From Narcine bancroftii (Eukaryota), in the NCBI RefSeq assembly GCF_036971445.1, contig NC_091476.1, positions 94,860,001 through 94,924,000 on the forward strand: a stretch of 64,000 nt of DNA, written 5' to 3'. Below are positions 48,678-61,237 of the stretch, piece after piece; position 1 is the stretch's first letter; each line of letters starts with the position of its first letter. The position numbers and the translations under genes are program-made. The notes beneath the pieces are model-generated. The model did no database searches and was not told where the DNA came from. It worked only from the letters and a program-made list of their open reading frames with translations.

Positions 48678-50535
48678 CTTAGAAAATATAGACAATAGAC
48701 AAACAGGGTAGGAGCAGGCCATTTGGCCCTTTGAGACACTGCTGCCATTCACTGTGATTATGGCTGATCATCCACAATCAGTACCCACTCCCTGCCTTCT
48801 CCCCATATCCTTTGACTCCACTATCTTTATGAGCTCTATCTAGTTCTTTATGGAAAGCATCCAGAAAATTGACCTCCATGATTATGAAGCAGAGCATTCC
48901 ACAGAACCACAACTCTCCAGGTGAAAATATTTTTCCTCACCTCCATTCTAAATGGTCTACCCCTTATTATTAAAATGTGGCTTCTGGTTCCCAACATAGG
49001 GAAGATGTTTCCTGTTTTTAGCGTGTCCAATCCCTTAATAATCTTACATATTTCAATCAGATCCCATCTCATCTTTCTAATTCCAGTGTATTCATGCCCA
49101 ATTGCTCCAATCTTTCAACATATGACAGTCCCACCATCCTGGAATTCAACCTCGTGAACTCCCTCAATAGCAAGAATGTCCTTCCTCAAACTTGGAAACC
49201 AAAACTGCACACAGTATGTCGGGTGTGGTCTCACCAGGGCCTGTAAAACTGCAGAAGTTCCTCTTTGCTCCTATACTCAACTCCCCTTATGAAGGCCAAC
49301 ATGCCATTAGCTTTCTTCACTGCCTGATGTACCTGCATGCTTACTTTCAGTGACTGATGAACAACAACACCTAGATCTGGATGTACATCTTAACCTTTTC
49401 TTAACTTCACACCATTCAGATAGTAATCTACTTTCCTGATCTTGCCACCAAAGTGGATAACCTTACATTTATCCACATTAAACTCCATCTACCATGCATC
49501 TTCCCATTCACCCAACCTGTCCAAGTCACCCTGCATTCGTACAATATCCTCCTCACAATTCACATAGCCACTCAGTTTGTGTCATCTACAAATTAGCTCA
49601 TGTTACTTTTAATCCCTTCATTTATATCATTAATATATTTTGAAATGAATAAATGTATTCCATTGGAAAAAATAACATATAATTTAAGAAATAACATCAC
49701 AGTATTCAAACAAATTTGGGAACCGTACATGGAACACAACAGAGAAGTCCTACCGCGCACCTCCACCACCTAAAATGACAGAAGGAGAAGAAGACAAAAT
49801 GAACTGACCCAGTATGTAAAAGTAGAAGACACAAATTTCTTATTTATTTTCATTGTGTGATGACATTGTTTAATGTATCATATATGTTGAATGTTGAGTG
49901 GTTGGGGAGGGGGGCTGAAGGAGGGAGGGAAGGGAGAGGGATAAAAGGAGAAAATGATACTGTGTATATTCAAGAGGGAAATGTTTGTGTGTATTTTGGT
50001 CAGTATGGTTCATAGAGTGAAAAATTAAAAAAAAAATAATATATTTTGTAAATAGCTGTGGTCCCAGCACCAAGCCTTGCTGTACCCCACTAGTCACTGC
50101 CTGCTAGTCTGAAAGGGACCTATTAATCCCTACTTTTTGTTTCCTGTCTGCCAAGCATTTTCTATCTATGTCAGTACCATACCCCCAGTACCATATGCTC
50201 TAATTTTGCCCACTAATGTCCTATGTGGGATCTTATCAAAGGCTTTCTGAATGTCCAGGTACATTAAATCCACTGGCTCTCTTTTGTCCATTTTCATAGT
50301 TACAAACACAAAAAATTCCAGAAGATTAGTCAACCATGATTTCCCCTTTGTAAATCCATGCTGACCTGGGCCGATCCTGTTACTGCTATTCAAATGTGCT
50401 GCTATTTCATCTTTTATAATTGACTCCAGCATCTTCCCACCACTGATGTCAGACTAGTCTATAATTCCCAGTTTTCTCTCTCCCTCCTTTCTTAAAAAGT
50501 GGGATAATATTAGTTATCCTCCAATCCACAGGGAC
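48678..50535 (-). mobile_element. CR1 LINE fragment split by an L1 3' end
   Basis: ORFs 50166-50432 (HGFTKGKS, YLDIQKAFDKIPH), 49870-50097 (SGVQQG) and 48848-49072; CR1 3' end near 48680. Confidence 0.88.
49643..50036 (+). mobile_element. 5'-truncated L1 3' end (same family as 18165-24082)
   Basis: Near-identical to ~23678-24070; poly(A); TSD TAATATATTTTG (49631-49642, 50037-50048). Confidence 0.92.
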
Positions 50536-50715
50536 ACAAAAACATAAGAAATAGGAACAGGAGTCGGCCATCCGGCCCGTCGAGCCTGTTCTGCCATTCA
50601 ATAATATCGTGGCTGATTTGATCAGTTGACTCAGCTCCACCGACCTGCCTTCTCCCTGTATCCCTTAATTGCTTTTTTTTTAATGTAAAATCTATTTAAC
50701 TGAACCTTAAATAGT
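50536..50715 (-). mobile_element. Short CR1 3' end
   Basis: 'aaacataagaaataggaacaggagtcggcc' tail and 3' UTR like 4743-4920. Confidence 0.75.
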
Positions 50716-51364
50716 AATTTGGAACCCTTTTGTACTTTGGTGCATTACATCACAGTAGATTTGTAATATTTCATTAACCTATTTAACAAAAGGAAACTGA
50801 CATTTATTTAACATTATGCCAATTTAGAACCACCCCAAATTTCTTCATCAATAAAAAGTGTTGTATTTGAATTAGTAAGTCTTGTTTCAGAAGTACATAA
50901 AGCTGTGATTTTTGTACATGACACAGATGAGAATAAGTTCAATGGACAATTATGATACAATACTCTACTTTTATTGTCATTTTAAGATGCAGGCTGTAAA
51001 ACAGTACACAGTAAAAAATGAGAAAATCTTCCTCCAAATCATAATGCTACCTTCACATCATGACATAACATAAAAACGATATAGACAACACAAGACCACA
51101 CCATTCCTACACCAGACAAAACAAAAGCAAAAAATAAAAACGAGACTGAAATACGAGACAAATTGATTTGTTTTTGGTCATGCAGGTCAATGGTGAGTAT
51201 TGGCTAAGCGTCCAAATACTATACTTCTTTGGAAAGTAATTGATTCATCATGATTGATGATGGTATTTAACAAGACTGCTTTATTTGGTCACTTACATGA
51301 CTAATATGTGTGTACTGACCATAAAAGAGATGGATTGTTAAATTAATTGAAAGATATAGGCGGT

Positions 51365-51461
51365 GCATATATCTGCCTACATATATGCAGATATATAGAC
51401 AGATATATCTATATATATCTGATATATTGACATATCTATATAGATATATATAGATATATAT
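51365..51461. repeat. Degenerate (TA)/(GATA)-rich microsatellite
   Basis: atatatctgatatattgacatatctatatagatatatatagatatata. Confidence 0.8.
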
Positions 51462-51729
51462 GTTTTAGAGAAGTGGTTATGAGCAGACAGAAAACTTCCT
51501 CACTTCATCACAAGGGAGATCCTCAAACGTTGAAAGTAAGTATTCTTCTTGAGAAAGATGACATGAATCAAAGGACAATATGCATGCAAAATGGAGTCCG
51601 TCCACAAGAAAACAGTTCATTGCATCTAAATGTATTGAAATAAGTTATGTCCTTACTATATTTACCCATGGGATCCCATCAGTTGCAGATTCATGACCAA
51701 CTGCAAAGACCTCTAATATGATCTAGCCC

Positions 51730-52010
51730 TGTACGGAAGGTGTGCTGCACTATTAGATGCTGGTCTGTTGATCAGATATTATAAACAGTGCAGATGCTAT
51801 TAAACCACCCATTGCCGAGTTGTAAAGGAAAGTGGAACATTCCTGGTATCCATGGGATTTTTGTTATTGCTCCTCAATCAACATTATGGAAACAGATTGA
51901 TTGGTAATAATCATTGTGTCTTGGTGCGATCTTGCTGTATTCAACTTGGTAACTTCTTGTTCGACATTACAATTACAATTTTTCACAAATATTTCAGACT
52001 ATAATGAGCT
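51730..52010 (+). mobile_element. Ancient Deu-domain SINE remnant
   Basis: gtgctgcact..., cctcaatcaacat...aaacagatt..., gatcttgctgt...acattacaa follow the recalled DeuSINE consensus order. Confidence 0.5.
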
Positions 52011-52511
52011 AATATAGGTTTATATAATATATATTATATTTTGGGAATAAACCAAGGCCATGTGCATTGTTACATGAAATGATTGGGTTTTGTTTCCTGT
52101 TTTTTTTCTTTTAGATTTGTTTTTGGCTAATTTAGAAATGAAAAAAAAAATCAGGTAGAAGATAGACTAAGAGGCAATATAACGATTGCTGCAGCAAATA
52201 ATTTGGCAGTTAATCAAGGTTATCTTAAACAAGTACCTTTAACTGTATTGTTTGCCTTCTGTGATTAAAATCTAAAGGGTTTTGTATTAAGTGGAGCAGT
52301 TAATTCCATATTTAAAATGTTCATGGGGAAGAATCCAGAGACTTAGTTTAACAATCTGGATATATGAGTTAAAATCCCATCACATCAGCTGGGGAATTTT
52401 AAATCAAACATTTAAATAAATCTGAAATTAAAAAAAAAGTTCAAGGCCAAATGAAACCATCTATAAATTTGCTGATGGTACCATGTTAGTTGGTTGTATA
52501 AAAAGGGACAA

Positions 52512-53330
52512 TAGGTCCGTTGAAACTGCCATGTGAAATGGGGTTAACTGGGCAATTTGCCTGGTTAATACCCCAGTTACACAGCAGTTTGAAAGGGTCT
52601 GACCCGGACAACCCCGTCGGAATCCAACTAGGTCACTGACCTCCCTCAGAGGTAGTCAGGGAACCCAGTTAAACTTACCTAGATCTCGTCCTCAGGCAAT
52701 TTGAAAATGAAAATGGCTGACCCAGGTTGGTGATTTAGTGGGTAGATCCCCCTGCAATTTAAAAGATGGTTCCAGCACTTTTGCCCCAGTAATCACACCT
52801 GGGTCCCAGGAGTGTAAAGGTGAAAACCTTGTTTTTGATTTTTGTTAATTTTATGATTATCCCTTTAAGGATAAATTGTTGTTTGTAGAGTAACCACAGT
52901 TACTATGACTTCATATGTTGTAATATCTGAGCGATCAGGGAGCTTGTGTTCAGTCTTTGAAGAACCATGGAGGAGGCATAAGAATCCAAATACCTTTCTT
53001 TGAATTTGTCTGATCTCGTCATCTTTTTATCTTTTTAGTTTTAATCATTTCTTATATTGTTATGTCTTTAAACATAATCAAATGCTTTGTTAATTCATCA
53101 TTATGAAAATCTCAATGAGAAGTTATTCAAAATGGTTATATCAATTAATTAAAGCTACTTACAGCTGAAAATATGAAGTTTGGATTATTGGAGTGATAAA
53201 ATTGTAATTCGGAACATTGAAGCTTACGTTTTTATAGAAGATGACATATTTTGAAATTGGAAAATAGGAAAGATAGGGAAAGTGTCATCTACATGGAGAG
53301 CTACCCAGGTGCTGCAGTTTAAAAGAGGCT
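52512..53330. mobile_element. PIF/Harbinger-like MITE (copy A) containing a solo LTR
   Basis: 3-bp TSD AAT (52509-52511, 53331-53333); inverted homolog of 60780-61237. Confidence 0.8.
52813..53293. mobile_element. AT-rich solo LTR (481 bp) inside Harbinger copy A
   Basis: TGTAAAGGTGA...TCATCTACA; 5-bp TSD AGGAG/TGGAG; empty site present in copy B (gggtcccaggaaggctacccagg). Confidence 0.75.
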
Positions 53331-53604
53331 AATGAGTCAACACAGAAGAGGGAAATTATAGACTTGGCTGAATGTTGCACCAAAAACAATCTCATGCTCA
53401 ATGTCACCAAATCCAAGGAGCTGATTGTTGACTTCAGGAAGGGAAAACCAGTGGTGTACAATCCAGTAATCATTGGGGATCAGTGGTGGAGAGGGTGAGC
53501 AAATTTAAGTTTCTGAGTGTACCTATCTTGCAGGATATTTCCTAATGGCATCATGAAGAAAGCACATCATCGGCACTGTTCCTCAGGAGTTTGTGGAGGT
53601 TTGG

Positions 53605-56600
53605 TGTAAGGGTTAAAATACAGATGCTGCAAGAAGTCTGTGAAGACGTTGTTGTCATTCTTTGAGTGTCTCCATAGAAATGTATTCTTAGCCAAGGTCT
53701 TTCTCTCTGTGTTTTAAGATAAAGTTCAGTTTTATTTTTTTTTGTTCTGCAAAGATGGAAGGACTTGAAAATAAAAGTTAAAAAAAAAATTTTGATCGTT
53801 TTAAGTGTTGTTTTAAATATCATTTTAACAATAATTTAATCATATAACAAAATTGTAATAAAAATATTAGTAACCCCCATATAAGATTTAATAAGCCTTG
53901 GAAAACTCAATTCAACTTTGGCACAAATCTTTTTTAAATGAGTCATAAACAACAACATTCCTTGGTCCTCCTACAAAGGAAGACAGTCACGAGAGTTAAT
54001 CAATAAAAGAGGAACTATTGGGCTCATTAGTCAATACTGTAGAAAGTTGGAAATTGGATTGGGAATTGGGAATCGGGAATTCAGACGGGATCGATTGGGC
54101 TCTGTTTACAGCATTTTGAACAAGGAGGTACAACAAGGCCATTGAAGTTGAAGAAGCAGTAAGCCTTACTAAAGGATTCCTTCTGTGTGTTTATTGCAAG
54201 TTAGAACACAATTTTGAGAAGCAGCTGCTTGTCATTTGAGGACTGTTTTGGAGTTATAGTGTTGTGAATATTTGACGTCTGAGTGCAACAGTCAGATGAC
54301 TGGATAAGATGGCAGCCACCACTGTAGCTGCCACACGTAGGGAGCTATGTGCTGAGAAGATGAAGAAAAAAAAAACTTGAAGAATTGCAAAGGCAGCAAT
54401 TAGTGATAAGTGGAAACAAAGTGACTCTTCAAGCAAAACTGAGTGAGGATATAGATAAGAAGAAGGTTACAACTGCTAGGGATACAGATCCCACAAAATT
54501 GCCTCCAAAAACATAAATATAAACTAAGATCAGTCACAAGGGAATGACTGAAGTTGTACCACAAGATGGTAGTGAGGAAGATGGGCAAGCCAAAATGGAG
54601 ACAGAGTCAGATATTAAGGTGACATCTGACCTTCAGGATAAAATAGAACCTAAGGAGTTCTAGATAAGGCTCTAAAGCTTCAAATACAAAATCAATATAT
54701 CTAAAGATTCAGGTAGATAAGGCAACTCTTGAAGTGGGATAAAAAAACAATGCTTCAAATTAAATTTGACTTAGAAGAACAGAAGAGGCAATTAAAGAGG
54801 CAAGGGGAGAGCATAGATATGCCTATGAAGCAGGGAGGAGCAATGAAGGAGGCAACAGGATCTACTGGAAATGGACAAAAGCATTGTTGTTAATCTGGCT
54901 AGGATGAAGGCTCAGTGGTATCTGGTGCTCAAAGTAAATTATCTAAAGTGCCATGTTTTGAGGAAAGGCAACAGAAAAATAAAATATTTAATAGCAAGGC
55001 TGAGCCAGGGCTTTAGTCCCAGGTATGCTTGGTCATGAACTAAGCAGGTTAAGGCATGGTGATGATCCAGTGCTACAGTACAGGACATGCTTGTTCCTGA
55101 ACTAGACAGAATAAGGCACTGTGCTGCCAGATCTCAAACACCAGTGACAACCCCATTGGACAGAGATGTGAGCCTAATGCCATCTTGCAAATCAGAATAC
55201 CACCCACTCCTAGCAGGTAATAGATATCAGTGTGAACAAAGTAACGTGTGCCCAGGTGTGACAAGACCTGTTAATTCAGTTATAGACGCTTTCTTCTTTG
55301 CCCAAGGGAAAGATTCCAATGTTTATGGTTTTAGTCCATTCGAGCTGGTTTTTGGACATGAGATGAGAGGTCCTTCAGTGCTACTGAAGGAACAGTGGGT
55401 TAATAATGATGTGCATTTAAATTAGTTGGATTATGTCTTTAAATTTAAGGATTGGTTGAATAAAGTTTGTGAAATGGCAAAGGAGAATTTAAAGGCCACT
55501 CAACAGAAGATGAGAAATTTTAAACCTGGTGACAAAGTTTTGGTTCTGTTTGCTACACTTTTAAATCCTCTTAGGGCCAGGTTTTCAGAACCCTATGAAG
55601 TTAGGCCTACAATTAATGAGGTCGCTTATGTTATTAAAACACCTTATCACAGATGAGAAACCCAGCTCTATCATGTAAATATGATTAAGCCATATTTTGA
55701 GTAGTTGCCTCACAGGGAGAATAAACTTTTGCCAGAGGTGTTGGTTATCATCCAAGATAATGAGGAGACATGTAAAACACATTTCAGAGAAGCTCACGGG
55801 ACACAGAAAATTATAAGCACGAGGTTGGAAAATTATATGCTTTTACAAGACCTGGAAACAAAGATGGCTCATCTCCAAACTTCAAAAAGGAAAAAAAAAA
55901 TGAGACAGTTTCTTTTAAAATTGAGAATTTATTTCCACATGTACCTCAGAGAATTTCCATGGGTATTATGATGTTGACGTAGGTGATGCTAGACCTATTA
56001 AACAGCATCCCTATTGGATGAACATGGAAAAGTGCAGTGCAGACCAGTAGATCAGAAAATTGACTACATGTTGAAGAATGGTATCAATAGAAAGTCTACT
56101 TCAAATTGGAGTTCACCTTGTGTTTTAGTGCCTAAGCCAGATGGAACTGCTAGGTTTTTCACTGACTATATGGAGAGATGTGTGAAAGGCACTTGCCTCC
56201 TTAGTTACTGAACAATTAATAAAAACCACTATCTGAGAACTGAAGGAAGTTATCTAAGGAAATCTTGAAAATGGATTCATTGCTAACAGAATCACTGAAA
56301 TTGATAAAGTCTCATGCCCAAAACAGTGGAGATATATTTATGGAGTTAAGAATCCTGCTGATCTGGCTTCCCAATGTTCGAAAGTCAAGTCTTTACTGAA
56401 GAATTAAATGTTGGTGTCAAGGCCTTGATTTCTTTTACAGCCTCAAAATCCTGAAAACTAAAACAAATTTTACCCAAAAACCCTGAATTCAAAAGTAAGA
56501 CTATAAATGCTGATCAGATAAGGTCTGAACAAATGGATCCAGTGACCCGCTTAATTCGTTACTTATCATCCTGGAATCGTTTTAAAAAGACAAGGTGAAA

Positions 56601-58554
56601 GAGAAAAAAGGAATGAATGTCAAGAGGACAAGCCACATTTGTAAATTCAACCCTGTTCTCGAGAATGGTGTTTTAAGAGTTGGTGGGGGGGGGGGGGGGC
56701 ACCTTAGTATAATAACAATGTCAGAAAAATGAAACATCCTGTCATTACTGGTGAAAGATTTTTACATTTCAAATATAATTCTTCAACATATTCATAAAGA
56801 GATCGGTCATAGTGGTTGCAACCATATGTTATCCAGACTACAACAAAAATATTGGATTTGTGGTGCCACTAGATTGAGCAGAAAAATTGTAACAATTTGT
56901 GTTGTTTGTCAGCATGCAAATACTCCTCCTGGGCAATAGTTGTTGGCAGAAATGCCTCTGAACAGAGACCACTCCAGATGAGCCTCCAGTCCAATATGTT
57001 GGAGTTGATTATTTTGGACCCTTTGAGGTGAAGCATTCAAGGAGTGTTGTGAAGTGCTATGGTGTTATTTTCACATGTTTAGCCATAAGAGCAATTCACA
57101 TGAAGTTGTATCATTACTTGATACAGACTCTTTCATTATTGCCCTTCAGCGTTTTATCGCCAGACATGGGCAAGTGAAGGAATTAGCAATGGTACTAATT
57201 TTGTGTGAGCTCAGTGCAAGTTAGGAGAAGCAATCGTAAATTGGAATCAGACTGAAATTCATAATGAACTTGTTCAGAAATAAGTTAATTGGATATTCAA
57301 TCCCCCACTGGCTCACATTTTGGACGTGTATGGAAAAGATTGATTAGATCAGCATGAAAAGACCTTAATTCAATCCTAGATGGACAAAATCTTCAGACAG
57401 TTCTATGTGAAGTTGAAGTATCCCCAACAGTCGACCAACTTCAACATATCCTAATGATCTTGAAGCACTTACCCTGAACCATCTTTTGTTTCTTAACGGT
57501 AAACGTTCTTTGCCACCAGAAGGAAGATATTTCTGTGCACAGCAGGGTGGAAGCAGATGTAACTTATATCAGATATTTTCTGGAAAAAAAGGATGAAGGA
57601 ATATCTTCCAATGTTGCAAGAGTGACAGAAATTATTAGATTAGGCTGTGGTAGATTGCGCCACTTAGTTCTTGAACTGTCATTCATTGGTTCAGGGTCTC
57701 GCGAGAGCAGGTTCCTGGTGCATGATGGGTGCAGAGCGGGACTGATACCGCAAGGCTGGGAAGTTGCTTTTCCTCTTTCTGTGTCGGCAGGTCAGCTTGC
57801 ATTTTCAACTGTGGATAATGACATTTGAACTGAACTGTTGAATTATTAAAACTTAATGTTTGAACCGAATTGTTAAACAATTGAACTCAGTGCTCGTATG
57901 ACCCACAACTAACAACAAGGTCCGCTTTCACAGCTAGGGACGCCATGATCATCAGAGACTATTCAGCTCCTCAAAATTCCTGGTTATTGGTGAAAATTAT
58001 CGATGCCATCCAGGACAAAGGAGGACTTCAACGTTAAGTTCAGATTAAAGCTAAAATTGGTTTTCCGAACAGACCAATGATAACGGACATTCACCTTCTT
58101 TTAAATTATTTTATCTGATATAATCTAATAAATTTGATTTTTTTTCTTTGTAACGTTAATAATTTTGTTTAGATATAATAATTAGGGGCTGGTATTGTAA
58201 GGGTTAAAATGCAGATTCTGCAAGAAGTCTGTGAAGATGTAAACATTCTTTCAGTGTCTCATTAGAAACACGTTCTCTGTGTGTATTAACATAAAGTTCA
58301 GTTTTGATTTTCTTTAAGTTTTGCTAAAATTGGGGGTCTTGGAATAGACCAAAAACTGTAATTGACCAATTTAAGTATTGTTTTTGTATGATTTTAGGCA
58401 TCATTTAGTCATATTACCAAGTTGTAACCCATATAAGATTTAATAAACCTTGGAAAACTCAATTCAACTTTGGTATGGATTTTTTTTTAAATGAGTCATA
58501 AACAATAACTTTCTTTTATTCTCCAAGCGTCTATAAAGGAAGATAGTTGCAACA
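53605..58554 (+). mobile_element. BEL/Pao LTR retrotransposon relic carrying a Gmr1-like Gypsy segment
   Basis: LTRs 53605-~53994 and 58196-58554 (TGTAAGGGTTAAAAT...); 5-bp TSD TTTGG/TTTGA; BEL pol motifs ANRI..QWRYI..NPADLAS and GVDYFGPF..YGVIFTCLAIRAIH. Confidence 0.85.
55310..56175 (+). mobile_element. Gmr1-like Gypsy fragment (integrase C-terminus upstream of RT start)
   Basis: GFSPFELVFGHEMRGP...FKPGDKVLV...EPYEV followed by PIKQHP and SNWSSPCVLVPKPDGTARFFTDY. Confidence 0.75.
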
Positions 58555-59409
58555 TTTGATATGACATCGGAAACCCTGGCAAATTTCTACAGATGTGGAA
58601 AGTGTGCTGACTTGCTGCATCATGGACTGGTTATGGGGACACTAATTGCCCTGAGAATAACACCCTGCAAAAGATAGTAGACACAGCCCGGGATATCACA
58701 CGCAAAACCCTCCCCACCATCGAAAATATCTCCAGGGAACGCAGGCGTCAGAGAGCAGCAGTAATCACCAAGGATCCACATCACCCGGCCCATGCTCTGT
58801 TCTCACAGATGCTATCAAGAAAAAGGTATAGGTGAGAGAAAGCTTCCACCGCTAAGTTCAGGAACAGCTTCTATCCCTCCTCCATCAGACTCCTCAACAA
58901 CAAACTCAATCAAGGACTCATTACTTTTGTAATTTACTTTATTTTCCTCTGTTTTGTACAGTCAGTTTGTTTATATTTCTTTATTTGTTTACATGTGTAT
59001 GTTGAGTACATTTTTGTTTTTACACTACCAATAAGTGGTAATTATGCCTCTCCCACTGGGGAATAGATTCTTAAGGTTTTATGTGATGTCATGTATGTAC
59101 TCTGACAATAAATCTGAACTTTTAATTGATCTTCCAACTCCACCATCATATTCCATTGTGCGTGATCTCATGCCAATAACTGGTGTATTATTATTTCTAT
59201 TTCCAAGGTTTTAATTCAATTATTCCACACCCAGTCAAATGCTGGCTTCAGGTTAAGGACAGGGCCCCTTGCATCTCCTATTAAATTTCACTCTCTGGCT
59301 AGAGTTAGGTTTGAACCAACAATGTGTAGAGTTCTGGAACTCTATGGTCCTGGCAGAATCCAATATCTGTGAGTACATGCTTCTTGACAATGTTGTCAGT
59401 GACCACTTC

Positions 59410-59860
59410 CTTTTTAAAATAATGTTTATTGCTTATTTAATTATAAAACAGAAAAGTAAAAGTACAAAAAGCAACTGAGGAGAGCTACATATAAATAAGA
59501 GATTAAATCATTTAATAAAAAGATACAGAAAGCATAATTCATAAACCTATTAATAATTTTATTCCAATTCAAGAGAAATCCAAACCCCATCCCTACTTTA
59601 TAAACGTTGTATGATGAAAACTTAATACTTAAAATGAAAACAGAGAGAGAAAAAAATAAAGGTCAAATATTAAAGCTAAAGAAAATGATTCATAAATGAC
59701 GCCCACAGCATTTAAAATCTTATACCTGAATTATTAATTGAATAACAAATTTTTATAAGTTTAGGCATAATGTCTCTCAGCTACTGAGCAGGAGTGGGTG
59801 GGGCAGCATCCTTCCATCTAGGTAACATTGCACGTCTAGCCAATAGAGAAACAAAGAATA
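59410..59860 (-). mobile_element. Old L1 3' fragment
   Basis: Minus strand SLLARRAMLPRWKDAAPPTPAQ*LRDIM, an L1 ORF2 C-terminal pattern. Confidence 0.6.
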
Positions 59861-59863
59861 GAG

Positions 59864-60017
59864 CAGTGGTTCTCAAGCTTTTTTTTCCACTCACATATCA
59901 CTTTAAGTAATCCTGATGCCATCAGTGCTCTGTGATTAGTAAGGGATTGCTTAAGGTGGGATGTGGGTGGAAAGAAAAAGGTTAAAAACCACTGTTTTTA
60001 ATCATACCTAACTGACC
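59864..60017. mobile_element. hAT-like MITE, partial copy of the 7728-9102 family
   Basis: CAGTGGTTCTCAAGC...GGTTAAAAACCACTG (59864-59994) followed by sequence matching the reverse complement of ~8958-8978. Confidence 0.8.
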
Positions 60018-60450
60018 AGATGTCAATGCCATCTGGTTGGAGGGTGCCCAGTCGGAAGATGAGGTGTTATTTGTGGTCTCACTCTGGCAGTACATGAGAC
60101 CATGGACATGTCCATGGTCTCATAGCAAGGGAAGGGAATGGGAAGAGACAGGCAAAGGAATGGGATTGAGAATTGAAATGGATGGCCACTGGGAGATCCA
60201 TATTATTGCAGCAGACAGAGTGGAGGTGCTCTCCTAGTCTGCGCCTCGTCCTCCAATGTAGAGGAGACCACAGTGGGAGCACCAGATGCCATAGATAGCC
60301 CTTCACTTGGAAAGGCTGTTTGGGGCCCTGAATGCTGCTGAGTGAAGAGGTGTGGATGCAAGTGGAGCATCTCCTGCAGTCACAGGGGTAGATTCCAAGG
60401 GTTGATTGGTGGGGAGGGAGGAGCAGATAAGGGAGTCATGGAGGGAGATT
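60018..60450 (-). mobile_element. Penelope-like GIY-YIG endonuclease fragment
   Basis: ORF 60079-60306: TRRRLGEHLHSV...PVAIHFNSQSHS. Confidence 0.7.
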
Positions 60451-60779
60451 GGTTTGTGGTGGTTATTAATGAGAATAGTGTTCCCCTAAAATCATGAGGT
60501 ATTTTCTATCACCCCACTTCCTAAATAGGTCAGCAAAGCGTAACTTTTCTACAGATAATTGGGTTCTACAGCATGGAAATAGTTCCTCCATCCCAACTCA
60601 TCCATGCCAACAAACTTGCCTGCTGGAGCTCATCTCATATGCCTGGGATTGGGCATATCCTTCAATCTTTCCTATTAATTTATCTGTCCAGATATCTTAA
60701 AAACATCATGGTGCCCACCTTTCTTTTTAAAGTACTGTTATTGAGTTTACCAAAAACCCTTCGCGCAAGGTACACTAAT

Positions 60780-61237
60780 AGCCTCTTTTATACTGCAGCA
60801 CCTGGGTAGCCTTCCTGGGACCCAGATGCTATTACTGAAGTAAAGGTGCTGGAAACACCTTTTAAATTGCAAGGGGATTGACCCATTAAATTGCCATCCT
60901 TGTAATTTAAGGGGGCGCCAGCCCCTCCAATGATGCGTCACAAACCCGCTGGAGGTACTGCTGGATGTTCAGATGCTGGCTGCCCGGTGACGCCCACACA
61001 CAAACGCACGCATTACAGGAATAAGCGGGTTGGCCATTTTCATTTTCAAGTCACTTGTGGACGAGACCTAGGTAAGTTTAACTGGGTTCCCTGACTACCT
61101 CTGTGGTAGGTCAGGGACCTGGTTAGATTCCAACAGGTTTGACTGCGTCACACCCTTTCTAACTACCATATGACTGGAATGCAAACTGGGCAAATTGCCC
61201 AGTTAACCTTATTTTACATGGCAGTTTGAAAGGCCCT
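60780..61237. mobile_element. PIF/Harbinger-like MITE (copy B, uninterrupted)
   Basis: AGCCTCTTTT...AAAGGCCCT termini; 3-bp TSD AAT (60777-60779, 61238-61240). Confidence 0.8.

Larger units (their letters stand above)
52440..59120 (+). mobile_element. Rex1/Babar-like LINE 3' part, split by a Harbinger MITE and a BEL element
   Basis: IYKFADGT (~52460) | NLMLNVTKSKELIVDFRK (~53400) | LANFYRC..ESVLTCCI (~58580); 3' end CAATAAATCTGAACT. Confidence 0.85.
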
